From NCBI GenBank assembly GCA_963514005.1, contig OY740783.1:44764001-44828000 (forward strand): a stretch of DNA of 64,000 bases, read 5' to 3'. This document shows positions 63,657 to 64,000 of this stretch, one piece after another. The notes under the pieces were generated by a model. It made no database searches. It saw nothing but the letters and a program-made list of their open reading frames with translations, and was not told where the DNA came from. The translations under genes were made by a program, and so were the position numbers. Source of the DNA: Raja brachyura (Eukaryota). Position 1 is the stretch's first letter; each line of letters begins with the position of its first letter.

Positions 63657-64000
63657 TAGAAAACATAGAAAATAGGTGCAGGCCATTCAGCCCTTCGAGC
63701 CTACACTACCGTTCAATATGATCATGGCTTATCATCCAAAATCAGTATCCCGTTCCTGATTTCTCTCCATATCGCCTGATTCCGTTAATCCTAAGAGCTC
63801 TATCTAATTCTCTCTTGAAAACATCCAGTGAAGTGGCCTTCACTGCCTTCTGCGGTAGAGAATTCCACAGATTCACAACTCACTGGGTAAAAATGTTTTT
63901 CCTCATCTCAGTCCTAAATGGCCTACCCCTTATTCTTAAACTGTGAACCTGGGTTCTGTATTCCCCCAACATCAGGAACATTTTTCCTGCATCTAGCCTG
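63657..64000 (-). mobile_element. CR1/HER1-like 3' fragment (runs off the window end)
   Basis: Closely similar to 35455-35885 and 52010-52410. Confidence 0.8.

Noticed and set aside
46560-64000. SEMA6A promoter or non-coding first exon
   Set aside because: No CpG island other than TE-derived GC patches; it cannot be located from sequence alone.
1-64000. CRISPR array, operon or other prokaryotic system
   Set aside because: The sequence is a spliced vertebrate gene; its repeats are dispersed TEs, not regularly spaced repeat-spacer units.

Overview
Eukaryotic, AT-rich, repeat-rich vertebrate DNA. The repeat content (HE1/V-SINE-like SINEs, CR1/HER1-like LINEs, Penelope-derived palindromic elements) points to a cartilaginous fish, probably a skate or ray; this is inference. 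The window holds most of one gene, SEMA6A (semaphorin-6A), on the minus strand. I traced 18 coding exons from the ATG at 46521 down to 7764, all with GT-AG borders and consistent phases (1939 nt, 646 codons plus 1 nt). They encode the signal peptide, Sema domain, PSI domain and extracellular stalk, and include a 21-nt microexon and a 51-nt cassette exon. The transmembrane/cytoplasmic last exon and the non-coding first exon were not found and presumably lie outside the window. Introns carry a decayed DIRS-type tyrosine-recombinase retrotransposon, two Tc1 transposons, Harbinger-type and Tc1/mariner-type MITEs, many LINE and SINE fragments, and more than 15 short Penelope-derived elements. Several of the latter keep a minimal hammerhead-ribozyme-like core, and two are near-identical young copies with 14-15 bp target-site duplications. 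Most ORFs in the supplied track are spurious or TE-derived. I found no evidence for a new protein-coding system. Comparisons with human SEMA6A and TE families are from recall, not database searches, and TE boundaries are approximate unless TSDs or TIRs are quoted.
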